A stretch of DNA of 64,000 nucleotides from Macrostomum lignano (Eukaryota). Shown in pieces: positions 1 to 13,500 of the stretch. The notes beneath the pieces were generated by a model, which did not search any database, had not been told where the DNA came from, and worked only from the letters and a program-made list of their open reading frames with translations. Each line of letters begins with the position of its first letter. Position 1 is the stretch's first letter. A program made the translations under genes and the position numbers. The stretch covers positions 10,853-74,852 of the forward strand of contig NIVC01003829.1 of the NCBI GenBank assembly GCA_002269645.1, read 5' to 3'.

Positions 1-426
1 TGTAACACAAAATAGAAAAATACTTGGACAATTTCGGTCACTTCTGCGCGAAAATGCGTGGCGCAACAGCCAAATTACCGGGTAACATCGATTGAGCAAA
101 ATGCATTTTTTTGTTATTCGGACAAAAAAAATATTAAAGCTCTCAATAAACGCAAAGGTAATGTGCTGCTTGGATAGAATAACTTTATGCAGCTACGCAA
201 AACCAACTGAAGTAATGCTCGCAACATAAAGCTACCCGCAGAAACTTCAGCTACACAGCAACTACAAACAGCTGGTACAGAACTGCGCATCACCAGGATG
301 TGAGTCACACAAACACGCATCACTTCAGAAAATCGTTCAGGTCATAACTATGGTTTATTAAATAGCCCTCACTTTGCCACTGTTCGTTAAGGTCGTCGCG
401 GAACCGGATGATAGCACGCGGAGCAG

Positions 427-1421
427 CGATCGTCCTCCGCTTGAGCCGGCGGTCACTGCAGCAAGCGGCAGGCAGCAAACAGTCCTGCGATCGTCCTCCG
501 CTTGAGCCGGCGGTCACTGCAGCAAGCGGCAGGCAGCAAACAGTCCTGCGATCGTCTCCGCTTGAGCCGGCGGTCACTGCAGCAAGCGGCAGGCAGCAAA
601 CAGTCCTGCGATCGTCTCCGCTTGAGCCGGCGGTCACTGCAGCAAGCGGCAGGCAGCAAACAGTCCTGCGATCGTCTCCGCTTGAGCCGGCGGTCACTGC
701 AGCAAGCGGCAGGCAGCAAACAGTCCTGCGATCGTCTCCGCTTGAGCCGGCGGTCACTGCAGCAAGCGGCAGGCAGCAAACAGTCCTGCGATCGTCTCCG
801 CTTGAGCCGGCGGTCACTGCAGCAAGCGGCAGGCAGCAAACAGTCCTGCGATCGTCTCCGCTTGAGCCGGCGGTCACTGCAGCAAGCGGCAGGCAGCAAA
901 CAGTCCTGCGATCGTCTCCGCTTGAGCCGGCGGTCACTGCAGCAAGCGGCAGGCGGCAAACAGTCCTGCGATCGTCTCCGCTTGAGCCGGCGGTCACTGC
1001 AGCAAGCGGCAGGCAGCAAACAGTCCTGCGATCGTCTCCGCTTGAGCCGGCGGTCACTGCAGCAAGCGGCAGGCAGCAAACAGTCCTGCGATCGTCTCCG
1101 CTTGAGCCGGCGGTCACTGCAGCAAGCGGCAGGCAGCAAACAGTCCTGCGATCGTCTCCGCTTGAGCCGGCGGTCACTGCAGCAAGCGGCAGGCGCAAAC
1201 AGTCCTGCGATCGTCTCCGCTTGAGCCGGCGGTCACTGCAGCAAGCGGCAGGCAGCAAACAGTCCTGCGATCGTCTCCGCTTGAGCCGGCGGTCACTGCA
1301 GCAAGCGGCAGGCAGCAAACAGTCCTGCGATCGTCTCCGCTTGAGCCGGCGGTCACTGCAGCAAGCGGCAGGCAGCAAACAGTCCTGCGATCGTCTCCGC
1401 TTGAGCCGGCGGTCACTGCAG
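427..1421. repeat. 60-bp GC-rich tandem repeat, about 16.5 copies
   Basis: Unit CAGTCCTGCGATCGTCTCCGCTTGAGCCGGCGGTCACTGCAGCAAGCGGCAGGCAGCAAA repeats almost perfectly with a period of 60; successive 60-nt lines are identical. Confidence 0.97.
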
Positions 1422-1699
1422 TGCAGCCGAAGCGGCAGCTTTTATCGGATCCTTGCAAAATAGAATATCTTTTCTGGCATCCCAAATCCCAAATGGCTTT
1501 CATAAACGCACAGTTCCCCGTTGGAAAGCCGAATACAAAGTGCGGCGTCAGCGTTAGCTGACTCGCATGTACGCACCTGAAATGATGAGAGTGAAGCGTC
1601 TGAAGTAAAAAATGATGCATTATCTTTTTAAATAATACCGAAACGAAACAATCTTCTCAGTTTCGAACATAAATAGAGACAGTACACAGGGGTACAGTG

Positions 1700-3110
1700 G
1701 GAGATAGCCTGGAAGTGGTTGCCATGGAAGGGGTAGCCTGGGAGGAGTAGCCTGGAAGGGCTGCCTGGGAGGGGTAAAGTAAGAGGGGAGCCTGAGGGGT
1801 AAAGTAGGAGGGGAGCCTGAGGGGCTGTCTGGGAGGGATGCCTAGGAGGGGTACAATGGCAGGGGTAGCCTGGGAGGGGTAGCCTAGAGAGCGTAGCTGG
1901 GAGGGTAGAGTAGGAGGGTTAGCCTGGGAGGGGTTAGGAAGGAGGGAAGCCAGGGGTTAGTAAGGAGAAAGGCCAGGGCCAGGGGGAGAGAAGCCAGGGT
2001 CAGGGGAGGGAAGCCAGGGGTCGGGGGAGGGAAGCCAGGGTCAGGGGAGGTAAGCCAGCGGTTAGGAGTAAAGCCAGGGGTTAGGAAGGAGGGACGCCAG
2101 GGGTCAAGGGAGAGGGAAGCCAGGGGTCAGGAGGGAGTAGCCAGGGGTCAGGAGGGAGAAGCCAGGGTTAGGGGAGGGAAGCCAGGTGTCAAGGGGGAGG
2201 GAAGCCAGGGGTCGGGAGAGAAGCCAGGGTCAGGGGAGGGAAGCCAGGGTCAGGGGAGGGAAGCCAGGGGTCAGGGGAGGGAAGCCAGGGTCAGGGGAGG
2301 GAAGCCAGGGGTCAAGAGGGAGAAGCCAGGGGTCAGGAGAGAGAAGCCAGGGGTCAGGGGAGGGAAGCCAGGGGTCGGGGGAGGGAAGCCAGGGTCAGGG
2401 GAGGGAAGCCAGGGTCAGGGGAGGGAAGCCAGGGTCAGGGGATGGAAGCCAGGGTCAGGGGAGGTAAGCCAGCGGTTAGGAGTAAAGCCAGGGGTTAGGA
2501 AGGAGGGACGCCAGGGGTCAGGAGGGAGAAGCCAGGGGTCAGGAGGGAGAAGCCAGGGTTAGGGAGGGAAGCCAGGGGTCAAGAGGGAGAAGCCAGGGTC
2601 AGGGGAGGGAAGCCAGGGGTCAAGGGGAGGGAAGCCAGGGTCAAGAAGGAGAAGCCAGGGTCAGGGGAGGGAAGCCAGGGGTCAGGAGGGAGAAGCCAGG
2701 GTCAGGGGAGGGAAGCCAGGGGTCGGGAGAGAAGCCAGGAATCAGGGAGAGAGAAGCCAGAGATCAAGTGGAGAGAAGCCAGAGATCAGGGGGGAGAGAA
2801 GCCAGAGATCAGGGAGGGAGAAGCCAGGGATCAGGGGGAGAGAAGCCAGAGATCAGGGGGAGAGAAGCCAGAGATCAGGGGGGGAGAGAAGCCAGAGACC
2901 AGGGGGAGTAAAGCTAGGGATCAGGGAGGAGAGAAGCCAGAGATCAGGGGGAGAGAAGCCAGGGATTAGGAGTTAAGCCAAGAGTCAGGGGAGGGAAACT
3001 GGGGATCAGGAGTGAGAGAAACCAGGGTCAAAGGGAAGGAATTCAAGGGTCAAGGAAGAAGCCAGGGTCAAGGGACGAAAGCTAGTGCTAGGGGAAAGGA
3101 GAACTAAGGA
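1700..3110. repeat. Degenerate purine/G-rich minisatellite, about 19-21-bp unit (GGGAGGGAAGCCAGGGGTCA-like)
   Basis: Dozens of AAGCCAGGG(G)TCAGGGGAGGG variants with strong G/A strand skew; degenerate at both edges. Confidence 0.9.
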
Positions 3111-5413
3111 GGGACAATAAGTCAAGGATCAGATATTTTTAATAAAAATATTGTAGGCTTAATTTTTTATTAGACTAGACTAATTTTTTATTAGTCTAGG
3201 TCTAATGGTAGGCCTAGATACATGTAGTAGATAGATAGAAAAACAAAAAATTTAAGCCTCTGATCTAGTTAGCTAAATCTATTAAGTCAATAAGCTAGGC
3301 CTAGTGCTTATGTTTAATAGGCTTTTACATACATATGGCTGTAGCTAAATAATAGAATTGAATTGAATTGAAGCCTTTTCAATAACTGAATAAAAGCAGC
3401 TTATAAGTAGGTTGCCTCTTATAATATTAGACCCACATTTATGTTTCAAAAGGCATTTATATAAATATTAACATGGCTAAAAAAATCAAATTTAAGGGAC
3501 AAAGAGCTTGTCTAAGTTCTGTATAGTAGGTCTCAAATCATGCAATAATACCAGGCCCAGAGTCAGGCTTATATTAACTGTATTAATAATTAACTGACAG
3601 GCTTTAAACTATAGAACAAAATACTAAAGCAAGCACAATATAATACACAAGAAGTTTAATAAAAGCTCCTTTCATTTATCATGTACACGGAGCCTTCACT
3701 TGTTCAGTCTAGTGCATTGGCCAGCACAGCAATGCACAGTAGGCCCAGCACAACAAATTATATGCCTTGGAAGCTTTTGTTGAACGTTGAACACAGGAAC
3801 CCTTCTTCCTGTAAATTTTGTTTTCAAATTACATGCAAGCGAATTAGCATTAACAACATCAATTTTTCTACTGCAAATCGTTAATAAAAAAAATAACACC
3901 TATGAAAGCTTTCAATTGATTGATACACTCCCATTTGATGGGAGTTGTCGGGCTGACGCGTTAGTCAACGTAAAGTTTGAAAAGAAGTAAAAAGTTAATT
4001 ATGCACGCGTTCGGTTTTTCTTGAAATTCAAAGTACAACTGAAGATTAAGATGTTGTCAATAAAATACAACAGTAGTGCCAACACATCAGTACTCATTAC
4101 AACATAACACAAGTTTTGCTTTGTGCTATATTTTTTGTTATAAATTTGCTGCAACCCCAATATGCGCAATTCTTATTGGTTCACACTGGGAGCATGCTTC
4201 GGGTATAGCTAGCTACGGAGCACAGGAGCATGCTCCAGCCCCTAGCGGACTAGTCAAGTTAGAGCATGCTTCGTCCTAGCTAGCTAGGCACCCTTAACTG
4301 GTCGGCTCTGTCTTGAAGCTTTAGAAGCTTGAGAAGATTGAGACTGCAGTGACATCTTACAGGGAAAAATTTTTCGTCTCATTCATAGTTTAAAAAGTAT
4401 CTAGGTACTGCCTCGCAGCCACGCTTTCTGTCATGTGCAACTGTTTACGAATGAAAAACTTGTCACGACTGAAACGCTATTTTCATTTTTTGCGAAATCT
4501 ATGAAATCTCGAGCCGTCTAAAATTATCAGAGTGGTTGGTCCTCGTGTAGCAACAGTTACTGTTCTCATCCAATAAACATGAGATTCTGGGCCTACGAGC
4601 TCGTACTGTATTTCTCACAAAATCCCGCGAGGAAAAAGATCAGATTTTGTTTCAAGTCTGTAAAACGACAAATTATGAGTTTTCCCATATAATCGTTTCC
4701 TTCTCCCAACAGTTCAGGAAGACAACAAACAATGGACTCGATGGTACTTTCTCAGTGTGATCTCTAGAGTCACATTCTCAAACTTCTGGCGAGGATCTTT
4801 CCTCTTCAATCAGTATATTTTATAAGCCAACACAGTGTACGCAAGCAAGGAGGAATAGGGGAAGAAAGTGAAATGGGGAGGCCCAATAGGAGCCGTCGGC
4901 CAGAGGAGATTCATGCATCATGCGAGGGTCGCATGGCTGCAGGGCCTCTCGCTCGCCGATCATCAGGGCTATTTTTAGGCATGCAGATCTTGTGCATCTG
5001 GGGAGTTGTTGCCAAGGCTGGATACTTGTTCACGCATCACGCGCGCGTCGGCTGATTTCTCCCAATCTCTTGCTAACGGCGCTTTCGTTTCACTTCATCT
5101 GTATACTGACCGAATTAACAGCACTGGGCTTGTTGTATTTTTACGCGTCGTAGCACCTTCGGCTTTCTTTATGCCTATGCCCGCTTTTCCGGTTGAGTCT
5201 TATTGATTTACTAATTTCATTCGACTATTGAGCGGCATTGAAATCACGATTTATATTTCTCCTGCACTAAATGACTCTAGCCATGCGCCATCACGAGCCG
5301 TTGAAGCACGCTTTTACACATTTTAATCAAAGTTTTTAACAAAGTTCAAACAAAAATTCCAATTCTCACATTGATCCCACCAAGTCCTGCGTTCGGCTGT
5401 CCAATCGCCATCA

Positions 5414-5504
5414 ATGACAGCCCGGTGCCTTCGACGAAAGAATCGACTGCTACTAGCAGCTCTGGCCGCCGTCTGTTGCACAGCTCTGCTGCTCCGGCCG
5501 CATC
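5414..5504 (+). CDS. GT14 core-2/I-branching beta-1,6-GlcNAc transferase, exon 1 (signal anchor)
   Basis: ATG at 5414 gives MTARCLRRKNRLLLAALAAVCCTALLLRPH: basic residues then a hydrophobic stretch, typical of a type II Golgi anchor. GTGAGA donor at 5505 is phase 1, matching the phase of the next exon. Not in the ORF track; found by manual reading. Confidence 0.7.
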
Positions 5505-6284
5505 GTGAGAATCCGGTTGCACTGTCGGGGTTCGGGTGTTCGGGTGTTCGGGGTTCGGGGTTAGGTCGGGGTCGGGATTAGGGGTCCCGATGAATGTTCG
5601 GGACGGGATTTTGGACCGGGATTTCGGGGTTTTCGGGGTTTCGCAAATTTTCTGAATTCCCATAGAACTACGAAAAAATCCTTATGAATTAGAATTAGCT
5701 TTTTTTCGTTTTTAACGTGATTGCTTAAGGCTTATGACGCTTAAATTCAAAGCTTTATTTAATGCTTTTCTGTGGTCGTAAGTTTCGTTAATAACATTTA
5801 CACTTGCCGTGCCGTCCATAAACTGCGATGATTATCAAGTCAAAAAGAGTTTTCAAGCTTATTTAAACTCGTTAACTATTACTGTTGGCTAGCTTAAAAA
5901 TGTTTTTTTAAACTTATGGTATATTATTTGTACTATTACAAATATTATTTTTCTATAATTAAGTTTATATTTTTTAAGGTATTGTTTCTTAGGAAAAGAT
6001 TTAGAATCTTAAGAATTTTAAGAATCATAGAAATGTTTGAATTTATAGACCTATTCTTCAATAGAGGGTCATATTTAAGTTTAAGTTGAACTGAAACAGG
6101 CTAATAGTCGTAAGTAGCCGTCAATACCACTTTTTATTAAATGCTATTGCTTACTTCCGGGTTATCGGGGTTCGGGGTCGGGATTAGGGTTCGGGACGGG
6201 ATTCGGGATTCCCGAAAGATGTCCGGGATCGGGGTTAACCCCGAACCCCGAAAAAAATGCCATCCCGAACACCCCTAGTTACAG

Positions 6285-6550
6285 CGCTGCCGACATCCGT
6301 AACGCCGCCGCCAATCAACCGCTCGGCGATCCCACCGCCCAGCTGCCGCGGCCTCCTGTCTGGCAACGCCAACGACATCCGTCGAGCGGAGGCTCGCTAC
6401 GGACGGCCGGAAGACTTTCTGGATGACGGCCAGCTGGCGAGGCTGCCGTGCGACCGGCTCACTGCGGGCTACTGGACCGGGCCGGTCAGCCGTCTGGAGC
6501 TCGGCTTCCCCATTGCCTTCACCGTGATGGCGCATCACAGCTTCTATCAG
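6285..6550 (+). CDS. GT14 GCNT-like glycosyltransferase, exon 2
   Basis: TTACAG acceptor ends at 6284. Encodes a Pro-rich stem, CRGLL..., and ...LELGFPIAFTVMAHHSFYQ (GCNT-type 'E..FPIAF/Y' motif). GTAAAA donor at 6551, phase 0. Confidence 0.85.
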
Positions 6551-7255
6551 GTAAAACGAATCAACTTAATCAGAAACAACAACAACAGCAACAACAACAA
6601 CTACGACAAAATACACCTCGTGCCGACCACAAGTGGCCACAGAGGGGGTGTCAGACACTCAATAAGTAAACCAAAAACACTTATTAACGCTCTCAATTAG
6701 CTCTTAATGCTCGAATGCAATGAGGAATCCATCTGGAGGAGGTCAAGGGTGTAAAATAGCGCTTAAATCCCGCCTGCGGCGCTCTATAACTGGCGCTGAA
6801 AAGATTTGTTAAGCTGGAACTGGGATCTCGTGTAATTGACAACAATTAAATGAGCATTGTGTTGCATCCTGGTCAGCTAAGCGAACATATAAGAGGCTTT
6901 CTAGGAAAAACGGGCATTCAACTTTGAGAGCCTGTGATAAAATTTTCAACCAATTAGTTTTGTTGACCAACTTTAATACTCGAATAATTGACAGTTTTGC
7001 ATAAAAACAGACGCTGAGCAGAATTTTGCTTCCATAGCATGCGTCGGCGTGACTCAGGCGCTGTTCTTTTAACCCAACAGTCCAAGTCAAATGCAAGCTG
7101 CCATTGCTTCATTCTGCAGAGATCGTTGAACTGCATGACTGATTTTTTTAATTAGTTAGAACCTTGCCATGAAGTAGTGGCTTCGTGCCAAGGCGGAAAG
7201 AGGAAAAGGTGCCATAAATGAACAATACATAATCGTCATTATTGCACGATCGCAG

Positions 7256-7468
7256 GTGAACAAGCTGATGCAGGCTGTGCACCGCTCCCACAATGCCTAC
7301 TGTCTGCACGTCGACGCAAAATCCAGCGCCAATTTCTTGGCCGCCGCCAAGCGCCTGGCCGGTTGCCTTGGCAACGTGCTCACGGTCGAGTCGACAGTCG
7401 TCTGGGGTGAGACATCCGTGCTGCTGGCCGACCTCAAGTGCTTCCGTGCTCTGCTTAACGGACACAGA
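7256..7468 (+). CDS. GT14 GCNT-like glycosyltransferase, exon 3
   Basis: CGCAG acceptor ends at 7255. Encodes VNKLMQAVHRSHNAYCLHVDAKS...VVWGETSVLLADLKC ('N.YC.HVD.KS' and 'V.WG..S.L.A.L.C' motifs of the Branch/GT14 family). GTGAGT donor at 7469. Confidence 0.92.
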
Positions 7469-7553
7469 GTGAGTGAGCTATTGTACTTAACCCACTCACT
7501 GCATGAGCGTGCTGTGAGTCTGACTGTACTCGTATCGTACGTAACTTCCGCAG

Positions 7554-8231
7554 AAGTGGAACTACGTTATCAACCTGACTGGGCAGGAATACCCGATCCG
7601 CACCCTCATGGAGATGGTGCACATTCTCAAGCTGATGAACGGCAGCAACAACATGGAGAAGCTGATCCCCTCCAACTACAGGCAGTACCCCGCGATGCCC
7701 AACGCTACGGGCTTGGGGGGCCTTCGCTGGTACAAGGGCTCAGCTCACGCCATCATCAGCCGAGCTGCTGTCCAATACATCATGGAGGACCACAGAGCTC
7801 GCCAGATTCTGGACCACATCCAGCGGCACTATGCCAGAGGTCGCACCATTCCAGACGAGACATACTACGCAACCCTCAACCACAACTACGGAATGCTGCA
7901 GTTCCCAGGCTCCTACACGGGCAACCGGGTGACAACTGCGACGGAGTACCGGCAGATCTACCGCTACAAAATCTGGTCTGGAAGGTGCAGGGCCGGTCTC
8001 AGCGTTCGTGGCATCTGCATTCTGGGCGCTGCCGACCTGCAGGACTTCAACTCGAGACCGGAGCTTATCGCCAACAAGATGTACTTCGACTTCCAGAGCG
8101 ATGCGTTCCGCTGCGTACAGGAGAGATTCTGGAATAACACGAGGGCCGACTATGACTCCAATTTGACCAAGAGCTTCGTGGTACCGCTGAGTTTCTATGA
8201 GAAACTCGAGTTCGTGAGGCACCACGTGTAG
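7554..8231 (+). CDS. GT14 GCNT-like glycosyltransferase, exon 4 (to stop)
   Basis: TTCCGCAG acceptor ends at 7553. Encodes KWNYVINLTGQEYPIRT...YKGSAH...IPDETYYATLN...GICILGAADL...LIANKM, with TAG at 8229-8231. The four exons join to 1248 nt (415 aa), a normal GCNT length. Confidence 0.93.
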   Translation, partial: KWNYVINLTGQEYPIRTLMEMVHILKLMNGSNNMEKLIPSNYRQYPAMPNATGLGGLRWYKGSAHAIISRAAVQYIMEDHRARQILDHIQRHYARGRTIPDETYYATLNHNYGMLQFPGSYTGNRVTTATEYRQIYRYKIWSGRCRAGLSVRGICILGAADLQDFNSRPELIANKMYFDFQSDAFRCVQERFWNNTRADYDSNLTKSFVVPLSFYEKLEFVRHHV

Positions 8232-8923
8232 CTTTACCGAGTTTGTGGGGCACCACGTGTAGCTTTACCGAGCTCGTGAGGCACCACGTGTAGCTTTACC
8301 GAGCTTGTGGGGCACCACGTGTAGCTTTACCGAGCTCGTGAGGCACCACGTGTAGCTTTACCGAGCTCGTGAGGCACCACGTGTAGCTTTACCGAGCTCG
8401 TGAGGCACCATGTGTAGCTTTACCGAGCTCGTGAGGCACCACGTGTAGCTTTACAGAGCTCGTGAGGCACCACGTGTAGCTTTACCGAGCTCGTGAGGCA
8501 CCACGTGTAGCTTTACCGAGCTCGTGAGGCACCACGTGTAGCTTTACCGAGCTCGTGAGGCACCACGTGTAGCTTTACCGAGCTCGTGAGGCACCATGTG
8601 TAGCTTTACCAAGCTCGTGAGGCACCACGTGTAGCTTTACCGAGCTCGTGGGGCACCACGTGTAGCTTTACCGAGCTCGTGGGGCACCACGTGTAGCTTT
8701 ACCGAGCTCGTGAGGCACCACGTGTAGCTTTACCGAGCTCGAGCTTTACCGAGCTCGTGAGGCACCACGTGTAGCTTTACAGAGCTCGTGAGGCACCACG
8801 TGTAGCTTTACAGAGTTTGTGGGGCACCACGTGTAGCTTTACCGAGCTCGTGAGGCACCACGTGTAGCTTTACAGAGTTTGTGGGGCACCACGTGTAGCT
8901 TTACCGAGCTCGTGAGGCACCAC
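8209..8923. repeat. 31-bp minisatellite (CTCGTGAGGCACCACGTGTAGCTTTACCGAG), about 23 copies
   Basis: Direct reading. The first unit overlaps the last codons and stop codon of the GT14 gene. Confidence 0.95.
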
Positions 8924-10509
8924 GAGTGATTAATGCCAGCTGTTTTGGATGGCTCAGATAGTTTGCTTGTGTGAGTGTAGAAGTTGGCCTCTCACGACCG
9001 TAGTGGAGTGGACCGTAGTGGCTCCAATTATTGGAGCATATATGCATGCATACTGATTTAGTACATAGTGAGAACAGCGTGCTACTGTTGCGCAACAGTG
9101 CAAGGGCGAAAACGCGATGCCGGTTCACGTGGGAGAAGGCTAGGGCGAGAGGAAAGAGAGACCAGAGAGTGCAGTACATTTAGATTCTATGCTACGTCAG
9201 TGGCTCAGTGGTATTAGCTCAACGATGTTTTGCTTTATGAAGCTTCTTAAATTTTAAGTGTTAACGCAATTTTTTCTACCTTACTTGAACCTCCCCTGCA
9301 AGGCGCTTCCCTGGCACTGAGATAGAGGGCACTGCCCCCTCTGCCCCCTGTTCCGCTGCCCCTGTCTACTCGTATTTAGAACATAGCTGGTAATATACTG
9401 TATGCGAGCTACTTTCTATGCCCAGAACAGCACAAAATTTTACCGCACAATTATTTACTGCGACTTTCGACTTTTAAGCTCCAGGTTTTGACCACCAAGC
9501 TTATTGAGTCATTTCTCTAGTTTAATTACGAGTATACACGAGTATTCGGTTTTCTGCTTTCAACATTTAGTGCTATAAAAATTGTCTTATGCGGATTCCT
9601 GATCCGTGATGCGAAATACATTCGAATCAATTAAAATACTCTTTTAATGTATATGTTAAGTTATTTTAAATTCAAAACAAGCTGAAATATTCTAGAAAAC
9701 TTGTACTACAGGTGCACCAATGCTTCTAGTTTTTCAAGAAACGAATTTTTCCGAATCTATGAAAAAAAATTCTGGAGCAATCGTGCCCTGCGTGGCGGGA
9801 AAACAGAGAGAGAGAGAGAGAAACTATGACACGGATGTGAACTTTGGAGATATGAAGTTTGAATATATGAAGTTTGGGGAAATTTAAGTTTGGGAATAGG
9901 GAATAATGAAGTCGGATGCCACTGGAGAATTTGCATCCAGTTTTATAGATCTAGTGCTCCAGTTAGACTGCATGTATTCTAACTAGGAGCGTACAAGCTG
10001 TACCACTTTTCCATTTTATAGAAATTAACAGACATTTCCGTTAAGATTAATAATGGGACTTATTGACAAGCATCTTAAACAAGGATTAGCCGTTTTTTTA
10101 TCACGCCCATGTAGCCTGAGATACAAGCATCAGATCGAGGTAGGTAAACAGGCCTAATCTGTATTACTGAGCGACTCACACAGAACTCACGCCGACAGTA
10201 GAGTGCAAGAGAAGCGGTAGGCGGTCGGTAAGAGGGCCTAAGATGAACTAACTCTTAACTCCCATGCCTCATCCCATCCTGAATTCCTCCTCTCGGTCGG
10301 TGTACTTTCCGCCCCCCCCCCAGCTCAGCCAAGCACAGACGAAAGGATTTATCGATTTTTCCGTCTTCTAGCTTCATCTGCTCCCAGAACGTGTGCGAAG
10401 GTGCTTCTTGTTTGCGAAGGGTTGGGTGTGAGCTATGAACATCGCTATCTAGATATCTGGACATACAAGAAACAGTCATTGTCGTTTTCACACGCGAGAG
10501 ATTTTAACA

Positions 10510-13500
10510 ACAGACACAAACTCACTGAATACAATTAAAGTAAAACAGACACAAACTCACTGACTACAAGCTAAAACACACACAAACTCACTGACTACAA
10601 GGTAAACACACACAAACTCACTGACTACAAGGTAAAACGCACACAAACTCACTGACTACAAGGTAAACACACACAAACTCACTGACTACAAGGTAAACAC
10701 ACACAAACTCACTGACTACAAGGTAAACACACACAAACTCACTGACTACAAGGTAAACACACACAAACTCACTGACTACAAGGTAAACACACACAAACTC
10801 ACTGACTACAAGTAAAACACACACAAACTCACTGACTACAAGGTAAACACATACAAACTCACTGACTACAAGGTAAACACACACAAACTCACTGACTACA
10901 AGGTAAACACACACAAACTCACTGACTACAAGGTAAACACACACAAACTCACTGACTACAAGGTAAACACACACAAACTCACTGACTACAAGGTAAACAC
11001 ACACAAACTCACTGACTACAAGGTAAACACACACAAACTCACTGACTACAAGGTAAACACACACAAACTCACTGACTACAAGGTAAAACACACAAACTCA
11101 CTGACTACAAGGTAAACACACACAAACTCACTGACTACAAGGTAAACACACACAAACTCACTGACTACAAGGTAAACACACACAAACTCACTGACTACAA
11201 GTAAACACACACAAACTCACTGACTACAAGGTAAACACACACAAACTCACTGACTACAAGTAAAACACACAAACTCACTGACTACAAGGTAAACACACAC
11301 AAACTCACTGACTACAAGGTAAACACACACAAACTCACTGACTACAAGGTAAACACACACAAACTCACTGACTACAAGGTAAACACACACAAACTCACTG
11401 ACTACAAGGTAAACACACACAAACTCACTGACTACAAGGTAAACACACACAAACTCACTGACTACAAGGTAAACACACACAAACTCACTGACTACAAGGT
11501 AAAACACACAAACTCACTGACTACAAGGTAAACACACACAAACTCACTGACTACAAGGTAAACACACACAAACTCACTGACTACAAGGTAAACACACACA
11601 AACTCACTGACTACAAGGTAAACACACACAAACTCACTGACTACAAGGTAAACACACACAAACTCACTGACTACAAGGTAAACACACACAAACTCACTGA
11701 CTACAAGGTAAACACACACAAACTCACTGACTACAAGGTAAACACACACAAACTCACTGACTACAAGGTAAACACACACAAACTCACTGACTACAAGGTA
11801 AACACACACAAACTCACTGACTACAAGGTAAACACACACAAACTCACTGACTACAAGGTAAACACACACAAACTCACTGACTACAAGGTAAACACACACA
11901 AACTCACTGACTACAAGGTAAACACACACAAACTCACTGACTACAAGGTAAACACACACAAACTCACTGACTACAAGGTAAACACACACAAACTCACTGA
12001 CTACAAGGTAAACACACACAAACTCACTGACTACAAGGTAAACACACACAAACTCACTGACTACAAGGTAAACACACACAAACTCACTGACTACAAGGTA
12101 AACACACACAAACTCACTGACTACAAGGTAAACACACACAAACTCACTGACTACAAGGTAAACACACACAAACTCACTGACTACAAGGTAAACACACACA
12201 AACTCACTGACTACAAGGTAAACACACACAAACTCACTGACTACAAGGTAAACACACACAAACTCACTGACTACAAGGTAAACACACACAAACTCACTGA
12301 CTACAAGGTAAACACACACAAACTCACTGACTACAAGGTAAACACACACAAACTCACTGACTACAAGGTAAACACACACAAACTCACTGACTACAAGGTA
12401 AACACACACAAACTCACTGACTACAAGGTAAACACACACAAACTCACTGACTACAAGGTAAACACACACAAACTCACTGACTACAAGGTAAACACACACA
12501 AACTCACTGACTACAAGGTAAACACACACAAACTCACTGACTACAAGGTAAACACACACAAACTCACTGACTACAAGGTAAACACACACAAACTCACTGA
12601 CTACAAGGTAAACACACACAAACTCACTGACTACAAGGTAAACACACACAAACTCACTGACTACAAGGTAAACACACACAAACTCACTGACTACAAGGTA
12701 AACACACACAAACTCACTGACTACAAGGTAAACACACACAAACTCACTGACTACAAGGTAAACACACACAAACTCACTGACTACAAGGTAAACACACACA
12801 AACTCACTGACTACAAGGTAAACACACACAAACTCACTGACTACAAGGTAAACACACACAAACTCACTGACTACAAGGTAAACACACACAAACTCACTGA
12901 CTACAAGGTAAACACACACAAACTCACTGACTACAAGGTAAACACACACAAACTCACTGACTACAAGGTAAACACACACAAACTCACTGACTACAAGGTA
13001 AACACACACAAACTCACTGACTACAAGGTAAACACACACAAACTCACTGACTACAAGGTAAACACACACAAACTCACTGACTACAAGGTAAACACACACA
13101 AACTCACTGACTACAAGGTAAACACACACAAACTCACTGACTACAAGGTAAACACACACAAACTCACTGACTACAAGGTAAACACACACAAACTCACTGA
13201 CTACAAGGTAAACACACACAAACTCACTGACTACAAGGTAAACACACACAAACTCACTGACTACAAGGTAAACACACACAAACTCACTGACTACAAGGTA
13301 AACACACACAAACTCACTGACTACAAGGTAAACACACACAAACTCACTGACTACAAGGTAAACACACACAAACTCACTGACTACAAGGTAAACACACACA
13401 AACTCACTGACTACAAGGTAAACACACACAAACTCACTGACTACAAGGTAAACACACACAAACTCACTGACTACAAGGTAAACACACACAAACTCACTGA

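Noticed and set aside
320-1620. Overlapping repetitive ORFs on both strands
   Set aside because: Produced by the 60-bp repeat being open in several frames. No unique domains or splice context.
4873-5206. Short ORFs upstream of the GT14 gene as alternative first exons
   Set aside because: The exon at 5414-5504 already supplies a signal anchor with the correct splice phase; these ORFs have no supporting features.
8209-8923. CRISPR-like appearance of the short repeat arrays
   Set aside because: The repeats are contiguous with no unique spacers, there are no cas genes, and the context is eukaryotic.
10255-10491. Possible minus-strand exon with a good acceptor (TTTCTTGTATGTCCAG)
   Set aside because: No recognisable protein similarity and no partner exons identified.
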